Positions 1 through 11,379 of a stretch of DNA of 64,000 nucleotides are shown one piece after another. The position numbers and the translations under genes are program-made. How positions within the stretch are numbered: position 1 is the stretch's first letter; each line of letters starts with the position of its first letter. Origin of the DNA: Octopus sinensis (Eukaryota); contig NC_043026.1 in assembly GCF_006345805.1 (NCBI RefSeq), positions 806,001 through 870,000 on the forward strand, in the 5' to 3' direction. The notes under the pieces were generated by a model. It saw only the letters and a list, made by a program, of their open reading frames with translations. It was not told the origin of the DNA and searched no databases.

Positions 1-2133
1 TCCCATCTCTTTCCATCTTCAGCCATTGGCGGTCTTTTTCCTCCTCTCACCATTACGATTCTATAATTTAAATTCCCAATTCAATTTCAACTCCCGTTCG
101 ATGTCCGCAGCAAGTTCTTAAAAATTTATCTTACTATTTTATTCGTTGTTACTACGTTTCTTCATACATTGTTACGAAAATTTAACCTTTTAGGCTACTT
201 TCAAGCCTTCGCCATAACTTGATTTATCTTTCTATCTCTCTCTCTACAAATTTAACCTTAGGCCAGGCTACCTCAAGCCGTAATCCTATCTCTTCCCATC
301 TCTTCCCATCTTTTCCATCTCTCAGCCATTGGCGGTCTTTTTTCCTCCTCTCACCATTACGATTCTATAATTTAAATTCCCAATTCAATTTCAACTCCCG
401 TTCGATGTCCGCAGCAAGTTCTTAAAAATTTATCTTACTATTTTATTCGTTGTTACTACGTTTCTTCATACATTGTTACGAAAATTTAACCTTTTAGGCT
501 ACTTTCAAGCCTTCGCCATAACTTGATTTATCTTTCTATCTCTCTCTCTACAAAATTTAACCTTAGGCCAGGCTACCTCAAGCCGTAACCCTATCTCTTC
601 CCATCTCTTCCATCTCTCAGCCATTGGCGGTCTTTTTTCCTCTCTCACCATTACGATTCTATAATTTAAATTCCCAATTCAATTTCAACTCCCGTTCGAT
701 GTCCGCAGCAAGTTCTTAAAAATTTATCTTACTATTTTATTCGTTGTTACTACGTTTCTTCATACATTGTTACGAAAATTTAACCTTTTAGGCTATTTTC
801 AAGCCTTCGCCATAACTTGATTTATCTTTCTATCTCTCTCTCTACAAAATTTAACCTTAGGCCAGGCTACCTCAAGCCGTAACCCTATCTCTTCCCATCT
901 CTTCCCATCTCTTTCCATCTCTCAGCCATTGGCGGTCTTTTTTCCTCCTCTCACCATTACGATTCTATAATTTAAATTCCCAATTCAATTTCAACTCCCG
1001 TTCGATGTCCGCAGCAAGTTCTTAAAAATTTATCTTACTATTTTATTCGTTGTTACTACGTTTCTTCATACATTGTTACGAAAATTTAACCTTTTAGGCT
1101 ATTTTCAAGCCTTCGCCATAACTTGATTTATCTTTCTATCTCTCTCTCTACAAAATTTAACCTTAGGCCAGGCTACCTCAAGCCGTAACCTATTCTCTTC
1201 CCATCTCTTTCCATCTCTCAGCCATTGGCGGTCTTTTTTCCTCCTCTCACCATTACGATTCTATAATTTAAATTCCCAATTCAATTTCAACTCCCGTTCG
1301 ATGTCCGCAGCAAGTTCTTAAAAATTTATCTTACTATTTTATTCGTTGTTACTACGTTTCTTCATACATTGTTACGAAAATTTAACCTTTTAGGCTATTT
1401 TCAAGCCTTCGCCATAACTTGATTTATCTTTCTATCTCTCTCTCTACAAAATTTAACCTTAGGCCAGGCTACCTCAAGCCGTAACCCTATCTCTTCCCAT
1501 CTCTTCCCATCTCTTTCCATCTCTCAGCCATTGGCGGTCTTTTTTCCTCCTCTCACCATTACGATTCTATAATTTAAATTCCCAATTCAATTTCAACTCC
1601 CGTTCGATGTCCGCAGCAAGTTCTTAAAAATTTATCTTACTATTTTATTCGTTGTTACTACGTTTCTTCATACATTGTTACGAAAATTTAACCTTTTAGG
1701 CTATTTTCAAGCCTTCGCCATAACTTGATTTATCTTTCTATCTCTCTCTCTACAAAATTTAACCTTAGGCCAGGCTACCTCAAGCCGTAACCCTATCTCT
1801 TCCCATCTCTTCCCATCTTTTCCATCTCTCACATTGGCGGTTTTTTCCTCCTCTCACCATTACGATTCTATAATTTAAATTCCCAATTCAATTTCAACTC
1901 CGTTCGATGTCCGCAGCAAGTTCTTAAAAATTTATCTTACTATTTTATTCGTTGTTACTACGTTTCTTCATACATTGTTACGAAAATTTAACCTTTTAGG
2001 CTATTTTCAAGCCTTCGCCATAACTTGATTTATCTTTCTATCTCTCTCTCTACAAAATTTAACCTTAGGCCAGGCTACCTCAAGCCGTAACCCTATCTCT
2101 TCCATCTCTTTCCATCTCTCAGCCATTGGCGGT
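1..2133. repeat. Tandem satellite, ~300 bp monomer, ~7 copies, truncated by the window start
   Basis: Anchor GCCATTGGCGG recurs at 22, 325, 620, 925, 1221, 1527, ~1831 and 2122; monomers are nearly identical. Confidence 0.97.
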
Positions 2134-2147
2134 GCGCCCGCCCCCCC

Positions 2148-2305
2148 ACCCCCACCACCAATACCGATGAACACTGTTCTCACCCCCACCACCAATACCG
2201 ATGAACACTGTTCTCACCCCCACCACCAATACCGATGAACACTGTTCTCACCCCCACCACCAATACCGGTGAACACTGTTTCCTCACCCCCCACCACCAA
2301 TACCA
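2148..2305. repeat. 34 bp minisatellite, 4 copies plus a degenerate fifth
   Basis: ATACCG(A/G)TGAACACTGTT starts at 2161, 2195, 2229 and 2263; degenerate copy at 2300. Confidence 0.93.
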
Positions 2306-2537
2306 GTATACCCTGTCCTCACCATCTACACCGGATACGCCTTACTCATCTACACCGGGTACGCCCTACTTCCTCTCTCCCCCCACTACCCCTTCTCCTC
2401 ACATGCTTTCACTGTGAAAAGACAAGCTGCTAGCGCCATAGCTCATCAACTGCCCACCGATCTTTGCTTCCTCCTGACACTGCCTCATTCCGACTATCCC
2501 CTTTAGCACCCTCCCGCCTCGTAATATCCTACGTTTT

Positions 2538-2892
2538 TTTATTCTTAGGAACCTACACCAACCCTTCCTGCCATCGTTCTCCTTACCCCAACCTTCCCCA
2601 CTGGTTGCTCCCCTATATTCCCGCCTCAACTGGACCCCCCTCTCCCCAACTCAACTCTCGAATATCTGTATTCTTTCCTCTACCTAATAACGTTACTCAG
2701 TGACGATAACGAATGTCTTTATTTCTTAGGAACCTACACCAACCCTTCCTGCCATCGTTCCTCCTTACCCCAACCTTCCCCACTGGTGCCCTCCTATATT
2801 ACCCGCCTCAACTGGACCTCCCCCTCCCCAACTCAACTCTAGAATATCTGTATTTTTTTCCTCTATCTAATTACGTTACTCAGTGATGATAA
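2538..2892. repeat. ~181 bp direct tandem duplication
   Basis: TTCTTAGGAACCTACACC...CAGTGA(C/T)GATAA at 2542 and 2723. Confidence 0.92.
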
Positions 2893-2955
2893 ATGCTGTG
2901 ACTACAAAGACCGGGCTGCTTTCTGCAGCAATTCCACATACCCCCTACTCATTCT

Positions 2956-3003
2956 AAGTACCCCGGATCCCCAAAGTACCCTGGATCCCCAAAGTACCCC
3001 GGA
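2956..3003. repeat. 18 bp repeat, ~3 copies
   Basis: AAGTACCC(C/T)GGATCCCCA at 2956, 2974 and 2992. Confidence 0.85.
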
Positions 3004-3004
3004 C

Positions 3005-3274
3005 CTCGTTGCCCATGTGCCGCTGACACGTTAAATGCTCGAACCGATCGTGACGATGCCGGACCCTCCGGCCCCTGTGCAGGTGGCACGTATAAAAAGC
3101 ACCCAATCCACTCACGGAGTGGTTGGCGTTAGGAAGGGCATCCAGCCGTAGAAACTCTGCCAGATTCAGACTGGAGCCTGGTGCGGCCCCTGGCTTCCCA
3201 GACCCGGTCAAACCGTCCAACCCGTGCTAGCGCGGAAAGCGGACGTTAAACGATGATGATGATGATGATGATGA
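3005..3274 (+). mobile_element. RTE-tail retroposon (family B), 3' portion
   Basis: GGCGTTAGGAAGGGCATCCAG...AACCC(A/G)TGCTAGC...GGACGTTAAAC(GAT)n; the same tail ends the RTE at 59224. Confidence 0.88.
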
Positions 3275-3336
3275 TATATATATATATATATAAGTATAAA
3301 TGTATGTATTTATGTGTGTATAAGTATGCATCTATG

Positions 3337-3377
<41 letters not shown>

Positions 3378-3392
3378 GAGAGAGAGAGATAG

Positions 3393-3445
<53 letters not shown>

Positions 3446-3485
3446 CATATAAATATATGCATGTATATGTGTGTGTGTGTGTGTA
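3275..3485. repeat. Compound microsatellite (TA/AG/TAGA/TG)
   Basis: Direct inspection. Confidence 0.9.
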
Positions 3486-4039
3486 TTTAATGAGGGGGTT
3501 TCCAGGAGACAGATGTGTTCCACCCAATTGTACTCATTTGTCTAAGAAAGCCAACCAACCAATTAACCAACCAACCGAATACTGCTACCTCCATCATCAT
3601 CATCATCAACGCCGACAGTAATATTAGATCTACAAGTGGAATAGAAACATTATATATACCTTCATACATATATGTATGTATGTACGTTTGTATGTATGTA
3701 TGTATTGTTTCACTTCAACAGTGATAATAATAACCTGGTGTAAAAACTTGGTATACATATTCTTCGGAGAAAAGGGTTACTCAAGCACAGACTGTAATAA
3801 GGGGTTAAATAAATGACAAGGGATCTAGAAATTATAAATGTATAACACACTTTAACTTCCTCAAAGCTTCGATGCCATGCAAAGCATGTGGAAATGTCTT
3901 TCCAAATAAACTTTCAAGGAAGTTTTAAATTGATGCCCAATGACTGAGCTCTGAGGCGACTGCATCCTGACAGAGAAACAGCTGTAAGCTAATGAAGTGC
4001 ACTACATGGTTTCCTGTTCCTTTTGTCATTTATTTAATG

Positions 4040-4070
4040 TTGCATATATATACATATATACATATGTACA

Positions 4071-4120
<50 letters not shown>

Positions 4121-4241
4121 TGTGTGGTGTAGATATTATATATATGTATATATATATTATATATTATATATATGTATATGTATATATAAATGTATATGTA
4201 TATATTATATATATATTATATATCTATATATATATATATAT

Positions 4242-4286
<45 letters not shown>

Positions 4287-4314
4287 AATATATAATATAT
4301 ATATTATATATAAG

Positions 4315-4351
<37 letters not shown>

Positions 4352-4363
4352 CTATATATATAT

Positions 4364-4394
<31 letters not shown>

Positions 4395-4640
4395 TATTGT
4401 GCATACATACATACATATCTATATATCCATTTCTATATCCATATCTATATATTGCATATATACATATATATTATATTTATATGCACATACAAAAATATAC
4501 ATACATATAAACACAAAATATATATATGTATGTATATTTGTATGTATGAATATATATGTGTGTATGTGTGTGTGTCTATATGTACATGTATGCATGTGTG
4601 TGTGTGTGTGTGTGTGTGTGTGCCAATATACATTTATTGT
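4040..4640. repeat. Degenerate (TA)n/(TG)n microsatellite block
   Basis: Direct inspection. Confidence 0.9.
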
Positions 4641-4892
4641 TCATAAGAGAGAAAAACAGAGCTCTCTAACAGAGAAATTGAGTGGTTGTGATTTTATATT
4701 CCTGAGTAGTATATTTCCGGTTATAGTATATGACTCGTCAGGATATTATTGACGGTACAGCGAGTCTTTGATATTGTCAAATTGCAGCAGTCACTGTGAA
4801 ACCCATGGTAACATCCTGACCAATCACATATGCCATAACAACAAGTAATATTACTGCTTCACTGTATAAAAGATTATATATATATATATATA

Positions 4893-5081
4893 TGGCACGT
4901 AAAAAGCACCCACTACACTCACGGAGTGGTTGGCGTTAGAAAGGGCATCCAGCTGTAGAAACATTGCCAGATAAGACTGGAGCCTGGTGCAGCCTTCTGG
5001 CTTCCCAGATCCCCGGTTGAACAGTCCAACCCATGCTAGCATGGAGAACGGACGTTAAACGATGATGATGATGATGATGAT
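4893..5081 (+). mobile_element. Family B RTE-tail retroposon
   Basis: Same body and (GAT)n tail as 3005-3274. Confidence 0.88.
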
Positions 5082-5148
5082 ATATATATATATATATAAA
5101 AATTCTATTAGCACCTGTATATGCCAGTTAGTGGTGTAGCTGATAGGG

Positions 5149-5402
5149 TATATTTATCAAAAGAAAAACGGGATGCAAAGGATTTAGTGGTACATATGTT
5201 TCTGGCTTTATTGGACTGTTTATATCAATGCATAATTGATGTAACATGTATGTCAATAGCCTTCTTCAGCCGCGCATAATTACCACACCAAAGACATGTA
5301 TTACATTATAGCAGGTTTGAGAAGTTTGGGATTGATATGAACTGTCCAATAAAGCCAGAAACATATGTACCGCTAAATCCTTTGCACCCTGTTTTTCTTT
5401 TG

Positions 5403-5413
<11 letters not shown>
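5149..5413. mobile_element. Foldback/MITE-like element with ~81 bp terminal inverted repeats
   Basis: 5149-5229 is the reverse complement of 5331-5413 with about 5 mismatches; the ends are TA-flanked. Confidence 0.8.
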
Positions 5414-5434
<21 letters not shown>

Positions 5435-5695
5435 CATCATCATCATCATCATCGTTGTTGTTGTTGTTTAACATCTGCTTTCCATGCTAGCATGGGTTGG
5501 ATGATTTTGACTATGGGCTGGTGAACCAGATGGCTGCACCAGGCTCCGGTCTTGATCTGGCAGAGTTTCTACAGCTGGATGACCTTCCTAACGCCAACCA
5601 CTCCAAGAGTGTAGTGGGTGCCTTTTACGTGCCGCCGACACGGGAGCCAGTCAGGCGGTACTGGCAATGACCTCGCTCGAATTTTTTACACATGC
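5435..5695 (-). mobile_element. Family B RTE-tail retroposon
   Basis: (CAT)n...CCATGCTAGCATGGGTTGG...CCTTCCTAACGCCAACCACTC. Confidence 0.87.
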
Positions 5696-5885
5696 CATGT
5701 GTGTGTGTGTGTGTGTGTATGTGTATGCATGTATGTATCTGTGTGTGTATATGTGACATATAGATATATACACAGACACGAGCAAAGAAAAAAAATCTAT
5801 ATATAAATGAAGAGGAGAGAATACAGTTTAATCAATTAACGATCAAAATAGAAATGACACCTGGGGTATGGAATGAAGGCCTCAC

Positions 5886-6040
5886 CTGATTTTTCATCTG
5901 TTTATCTTTGAGAAACGACTGGAAAGGGTGGAAGGGAAATTTTGCTTCTAACGTAACCCACGGGTGGATTTCGACATCCATAAGCGGAAGACGTAAGCTT
6001 GGGGATGGTTCTATTAGTTTGTTTATTAGTTCTTTGCATT
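5886..6040 (-). CDS. AMPK-related Ser/Thr kinase, exon d (subdomain XI and linker)
   Basis: Acceptor tctttacag|AA, donor CAG|gtgagg; 155 nt; phase 1 entry matches exon c; encodes ECKELINKLIEPSPSLRLPLMDVEIHPWVT...KNQ with the conserved subdomain XI Arg. Confidence 0.93.
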
Positions 6041-6175
6041 CTGTAAAGATAAAGAAAACCAAAACGTAAGAAGCGACAGAGAGAAGATGAAGAAGAAGAA
6101 AAAGAAGAGGAGGAGGAGGAAGAGGGGGGAGGAGAAGAAGAAGAAGAAGAAGAAGATGGAGGAGGAGGAGGAGAA

Positions 6176-6656
<481 letters not shown>

Positions 6657-6959
6657 TTAATAAGGGTAGAAATTGATATAATCAATTAAAACCAGTGGTC
6701 TAGCATATTAAAAAAATCCGAAGATTAAAATATTTTTTACATATAAAATTAAAATATACGAAATAAAAATGATTTTCAAAAATCATTTTTATTTCGTATA
6801 TTTTCATTTGTCTTGCTTATTTTTAATGCTTTGGTTTGTGCTGAGTTTTTTTATTTGAGAACACATTCTTTGTGGAAAATAGCGATTTTGACATCTATAT
6901 CTAGCATGCTGACCGTCCACTTTTAGTGGTCAGTCCTTTAAATTTTATATATATATATA

Positions 6960-7264
6960 GGAGCACTCCGTCAGTTACAACGACGAGGGTCCCAGCTGAA
7001 ATGCTCAACAGAATAGCTTACTCATGAAATTAACGTGCAAGTGGCTGAGCACTCCACAGTCATGTGTACCCTTAACGTAGTTCACGGGGAGATTCAGCGT
7101 GATAGAGAGTGTGACAAGGCTGGCCCTTTGAAATACAGGTACTACTCATTTTTGCCAGCTGAGTAGACTGGGTCAATGGGAAATAAACGTCTGGCACAAA
7201 GACACAATGCGTCGCCGGGAATTGAACTTAGGACCTAACGATCATGAGCCTAATGCCCAAACCA
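6960..7264 (-). mobile_element. tRNA-headed SINE (family E)
   Basis: B-box-like GTTCAATTCCCGG on the minus strand; body also present at 52903-53050. Confidence 0.75.
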
Positions 7265-7440
7265 TATATATATGGTGACGCATACTGAGGATGGTGAGGC
7301 TATAATGCCAGTTCAGAAACCAGTCCAGATGAGCTCAAATACTTGAATGTATGCTGAGAGATTGTCAAATAAGAGTTTTGACTGTTATATCTAGCAGGAG
7401 TACATACTTAGTATATCATTTAATTAATTTTATATATATA

Positions 7441-7854
7441 GGTGCAGGAGTGGCTGTGTGGTAAGTAGCTTGTTTACCAACCACATGGTTCCGGGTTCAG
7501 TCCCGCTGCATGGCACCATGGGCAAGGGTCTTCTACTATAGCCTCAGGCTGACCAAAGCCTTGTGAGTGGATTTGGTAGACGGAAACTGAAAGAAGCCCG
7601 TCCTATATATGTATATATATATAAATATATATGTGTGTGTGTGTGTGTGTTTGTCTGTCTGCTTTTGTCCCCCCAACATTGCTTGACAACCGATGCTGGT
7701 GTGTTTATGTCCCCGTTACTTAGCGGTTCGGCAAAAGAGACCGATAGAATAAGTACTGGGCTTACAAAAGAATAAGTCCCGGGGTCGAGTTGCTCGATTA
7801 AAGGTGGTGCTCCAGCATGGCCGCAGTCAAATGACTGAAACAAGTAAAAGAGTA
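7441..7854 (+). mobile_element. Family A SINE, full length
   Basis: Head GGTGCAGGAGTGGCTG to tail CAAGTAAAAGAGTA. Confidence 0.93.
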
Positions 7855-7974
7855 TACATACACACACACACACACACACACACATAATGCATGAGGGAAG
7901 CAGAAAATGGAGTTTACAAGAATCTTTATGCATCATCACAACGCTCGTTTTGACCGACCCATCCTGCATCGGTC

Positions 7975-8125
7975 CCTTGCGGCTGGGACACTGTGTGCAA
8001 CTGGCTGTGTTGCATCCTCAAGTACTTGTGCTGGTGGCACGTCAAAAAACATTTCAGCAAGGTCGTTTGCCAGTGCCGCTGGACTGGCTCCTGTGCAGGT
8101 GGCACATAAAAAGCACCATTTGAGC
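7975..8125 (+). mobile_element. Family B internal fragment
   Basis: GGTGGCACGT...CCTGTGCAGGTGGCACATAAAAAGCACC motifs. Confidence 0.65.
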
Positions 8126-8696
8126 TGTTCAAACTTCTGACAGATGTAGCTTTAATATAATTAGCAGGTTTAGCTCACCATGTTTTAGTTTTAATTATCA
8201 TTCCTGCGGATTTATCAACCCCAAACCAAAGATCGTCCAATTCCTAAACATTACTCGCCTGGATCAGGGCCAATCGAGAGTTAAAAGGAAACAGCATGAC
8301 AACGAACAATGATATAGTAGACTACACCATTGTTAAAAACGTACAGGATCGTCACGACTGGAGCGTCTTTGGTTAAAGGTCTACTGATCGGGTTTAAAGA
8401 ACCGCAGCAGCACAAAAACCCGAAATATTTGACGTAAATGAACAAAAAAAAAAATGTGATGTCATCTAAAGGGACATAATCAATTCATCTACATGAGTTA
8501 TCATGCACACTTACTTCCCTTGAACTTTAAATATTTTCTATTCCACCACTTCTGACTCGGAGAAAGATTTATATCCATGGCTGGAGGACTCTAAATATAA
8601 ACACACCCTATGAACATATTAGACATTTTAATCTATATCCAGGCTTATGATACGCTTTCGCACACATTTGTGTGTGTGTGTGTGTGTGTGTGTATA

Positions 8697-9102
8697 TTCT
8701 CTTTTACTCTCTCTTTTACTTGTTTCAGTCATTTGACTGTGGCCATGCTGGAGCACCACCTTTTAGTCGAGCAAATCGACCCCGGGACTTATTCTTTGTA
8801 AGCCCAGCACTTATTCTATCGGTCTCTTTTGCCGAACCGCTAAGTAACGGGGACGTAAACACACCAGCATCGGTTGTTAAGCAATGCTAGGGGGACAAAC
8901 ACAAACACACGCACACACACACATATATATATATATATACGACAGGCTTCTTTCAGTTTCCGTCTACCAAATCCACTCACAAGGCTTTGGTCGGCCCAAG
9001 GCTATAGTAGAAGACACTTGCCCAAGGTGCCACGCAGTGGGACTGAACCCGGAACCTTGTGGTTGGTAAGCAAGCTACTTACCACACAGCCACTCCTGCA
9101 CC
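8697..9102 (-). mobile_element. Family A SINE, full length
   Basis: Complete reverse-complement match to the other A copies. Confidence 0.93.
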
Positions 9103-9116
9103 TACGTGCGTGTTTT

Positions 9117-9330
9117 ATCTTTAACTTGTTTCAGTGATTAAACTGCGGCCATGCTTGAGCAACACTTTGAAAAGTTTTTGGTGAAGAAATATCGAGCCCA
9201 GTAATTATTTTATTGCAAGCCTGACACTTATTCTATCGGTCTCCTTTTGACGAAACGCTAGTTGGCAGGGTCTTAAACAAACCTGGTTATCAGGCACTGA
9301 TAGGGGACAAACACAAAGATATCCACGCAC
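9117..9330 (-). mobile_element. Family A SINE, old degenerate 3' part
   Basis: CTTGTTTCAGTGATT...ACTTATTCTATCGGTCTC. Confidence 0.75.
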
Positions 9331-9338
9331 GCAGACAG

Positions 9339-9360
<22 letters not shown>

Positions 9361-9369
<9 letters not shown>

Positions 9370-9512
9370 AATTAGGGTATCTACGAGATACCACCATGCT
9401 GAAAATAGCAGTCATGATCTGACTTTAAAGCCACTTAGGTGGTTTTAAAGTCAGATCATGGCTGCGATTTTCAGCTTGGTGGTATCTTGTAGATACCGTA
9501 ATTTATAATTTT
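9361..9512. repeat. 152 bp near-perfect palindrome (foldback)
   Basis: 74 bp arms with 68/74 matches by manual alignment; 4 nt loop TTAG at 9435-9438. Confidence 0.93.
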
Positions 9513-9514
9513 AA

Positions 9515-9650
9515 TAATCATTACCTTTGATGTATTAGTATAACGCTCAGGAATAGAAAAAGTCTTTTACGTTTCGAGCCTACGCTCTTCTACAGAAAGG
9601 GACACAGAAAAAACAAGGAGAGAAAAAAATGTTTGTAGTGGTCAATGATC
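9515..9650 (-). mobile_element. Penelope-like terminal-repeat remnant (family G) with a hammerhead-like motif
   Basis: Also at 10770-10975 and 34045-34195; minus strand reads CTGTAGA-A-GAGC-gtag-GCTC-GAAA-CGTA. Confidence 0.6.
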
Positions 9651-9658
9651 AATCATGC

Positions 9659-9697
<39 letters not shown>

Positions 9698-9876
9698 CAG
9701 CTTAGTTTTTTTCTTGGGGCTGGCCGAGTTGGAGCAAATATCAGAATTGAACAGCCAAAATTTGGTATGATGATTCGGTGTCTGACTGAAGATTGAAGGC
9801 TTCGAATGATTTGTCTGTGTTCCGTGTTCGTCCCTTCCTGTATTTCACGTTCTTTATATATAAAAACATTTATTCT

Positions 9877-9963
<87 letters not shown>

Positions 9964-10265
9964 TGTATGTATGTATTTATATTTGTGTATAGTGCTGTGA
10001 ATATCCCTTTTTTGGTGTCAGCAGGTGTGGTCCAGAGTAAATTCCTTGTCTGCTTTTGCTTTCTAGGGGAGGTAACTTCCCCTAGAAAAGGGGACAGAAG
10101 TGAACAGGTGTGAACAGCTGGTAAGCAGGGAGCAACAAAATAAAGTCTGCAACTGGAATAAAAAAGGATGCGTTTGATATGATCGACTCAATGAAAAGGC
10201 AGTGCTCCAGCATGGTCGTAGACTAATGACAGGAAGTAGAGGAAGAATAAAAGGATATAGATATC

Positions 10266-10670
10266 GGCGCAGGAGTGGCTGTGTGGTAAGTAGCTTGCTT
10301 ACCAACCACATGGTTCCGGGTTCAGTCCCACTGCGTGGCACCTTGGGCAAGTGTCTTCTACTATTGCCTCGGGCCGACCAAAGCCTTGTGAGTGGATTTT
10401 GTAGACGGAAACTGAAAGAAGCCTGTCGTATATATGTATATATATATATAAGTGTGTGTGTGTGTGTTTGTCCCCCTAGCATTGCTTGACAACCGATGCT
10501 GGTGTGTTTACGTCCCCGTCACTTAGCGGTTCGGCAAAAGAGACCGATAGAATAAGTACTGGGCTTACAAAGAATAAGTCCCGGGGTCGATTTGCTCGAC
10601 TAAAGGTGATGCTCCAGCATGGCCGCAGTCAAATGACTAAAACAAGTAAAAGAGTAAAGAGTAAAGAGTA
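10266..10670 (+). mobile_element. Family A SINE, full length
   Basis: GGCGCAGGAGTGG head to (AAGAGTA)n tail. Confidence 0.94.
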
Positions 10671-10769
10671 TATCAAAGAACATAAGAGTAACCCTTTAAG
10701 CATTCAGATTATTCTGTGAGATCTAATGCTTCTTTATTCACATTGTTTTAAGTTAATCAGGGATTATCT

Positions 10770-10975
10770 CATATCTTTGGAATTTTGATGATAGTGTAAC
10801 TTATTATTAAACAAAAGACGAAGGTAGGTGGAGTACAAACAAACAATTGTATTAGTATGGCACTCAGGAATAGAAATAAAACAAGTGTTTTACGTTTCGA
10901 GCCTATGCTCTTCGACAGAAAGATACACAGAAAAAAACAAGGAGAGAGAGAGAAAAAAAAAAAAAACTCCACCTG
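10770..10975 (-). mobile_element. Family G Penelope-like remnant with a hammerhead-like motif
   Basis: Minus strand reads CTGTCGA-A-GAGC-atag-GCTC-GAAA-CGTA at 10886-10923. Confidence 0.6.
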
Positions 10976-11161
10976 TCTAATGGATTATTATTAGACTGAC
11001 ATTGTAGGATAGTGTAAGAGGTCAGATCTGGCCAGTTTGAATATAAAGTAGATAGAATACTTTGGCCAGATATGGCTGGTTTGGACACTAAAGAGCTAAA
11101 AGATTCACAGAATAAAAAGAAATCAAGGGTCAGCTCGATGAATCTATGTAGGATACAATAC

Positions 11162-11307
11162 CTGGTGTTAAATGCATCATTTCTTTAAAATGACAGTTCA
11201 CAAGGCCTTTCTCAATTTGCGACTGTAATTCTCTTCTTCGAAACTGGTCAGAAGATGGAGTTGTAAAAGGTAGTTTTCCCACCAGCATTGTATAGAAAAT
11301 TATCCCC
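11162..11307 (-). CDS. AMPK-related Ser/Thr kinase, exon c (subdomains IX-X)
   Basis: Acceptor ctctattttcag|G, donor CCAG|gtattg; 146 nt; TT|G completes Leu with exon b; encodes GIIFYTMLVGKLPFTTP...HLTP. Confidence 0.94.
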
Positions 11308-11379
11308 CTGAAAATAGAGAAAAACACATCAAGAAATGTTAGAATGCAGTATTGTATGTGTAGGTATCACTCACCAAGT

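Noticed and set aside
1-2133. Satellite as a retrozyme or hammerhead-bearing repeat, or as telomeric sequence
   Set aside because: I found no CUGANGA plus stem II plus GAAA arrangement on either strand. TAACCC-like words are isolated, not tandem TTAGGG.
2148-2305. 34 bp repeats as a CRISPR array
   Set aside because: The units are contiguous with no unique spacers, there are no cas genes, and the context is eukaryotic.
3925-3966. Possible terminal kinase exon (ctgtcag|DAVASELSHWASI*)
   Set aside because: The phase fits, but it is very short, has no recognisable UBA-like similarity and no other support; left unannotated.
7281-7330. CTGAGGA...GAAACCAGTC hammerhead-like motif
   Set aside because: Stem II pairs poorly, the stem III palindrome is broken and stem I does not pair; at best a decayed remnant.
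9690-9845. Unique segment with exon-like signals on both strands
   Set aside because: No frame gives a recognisable protein or fits the kinase phases; exons c and d already join cleanly.
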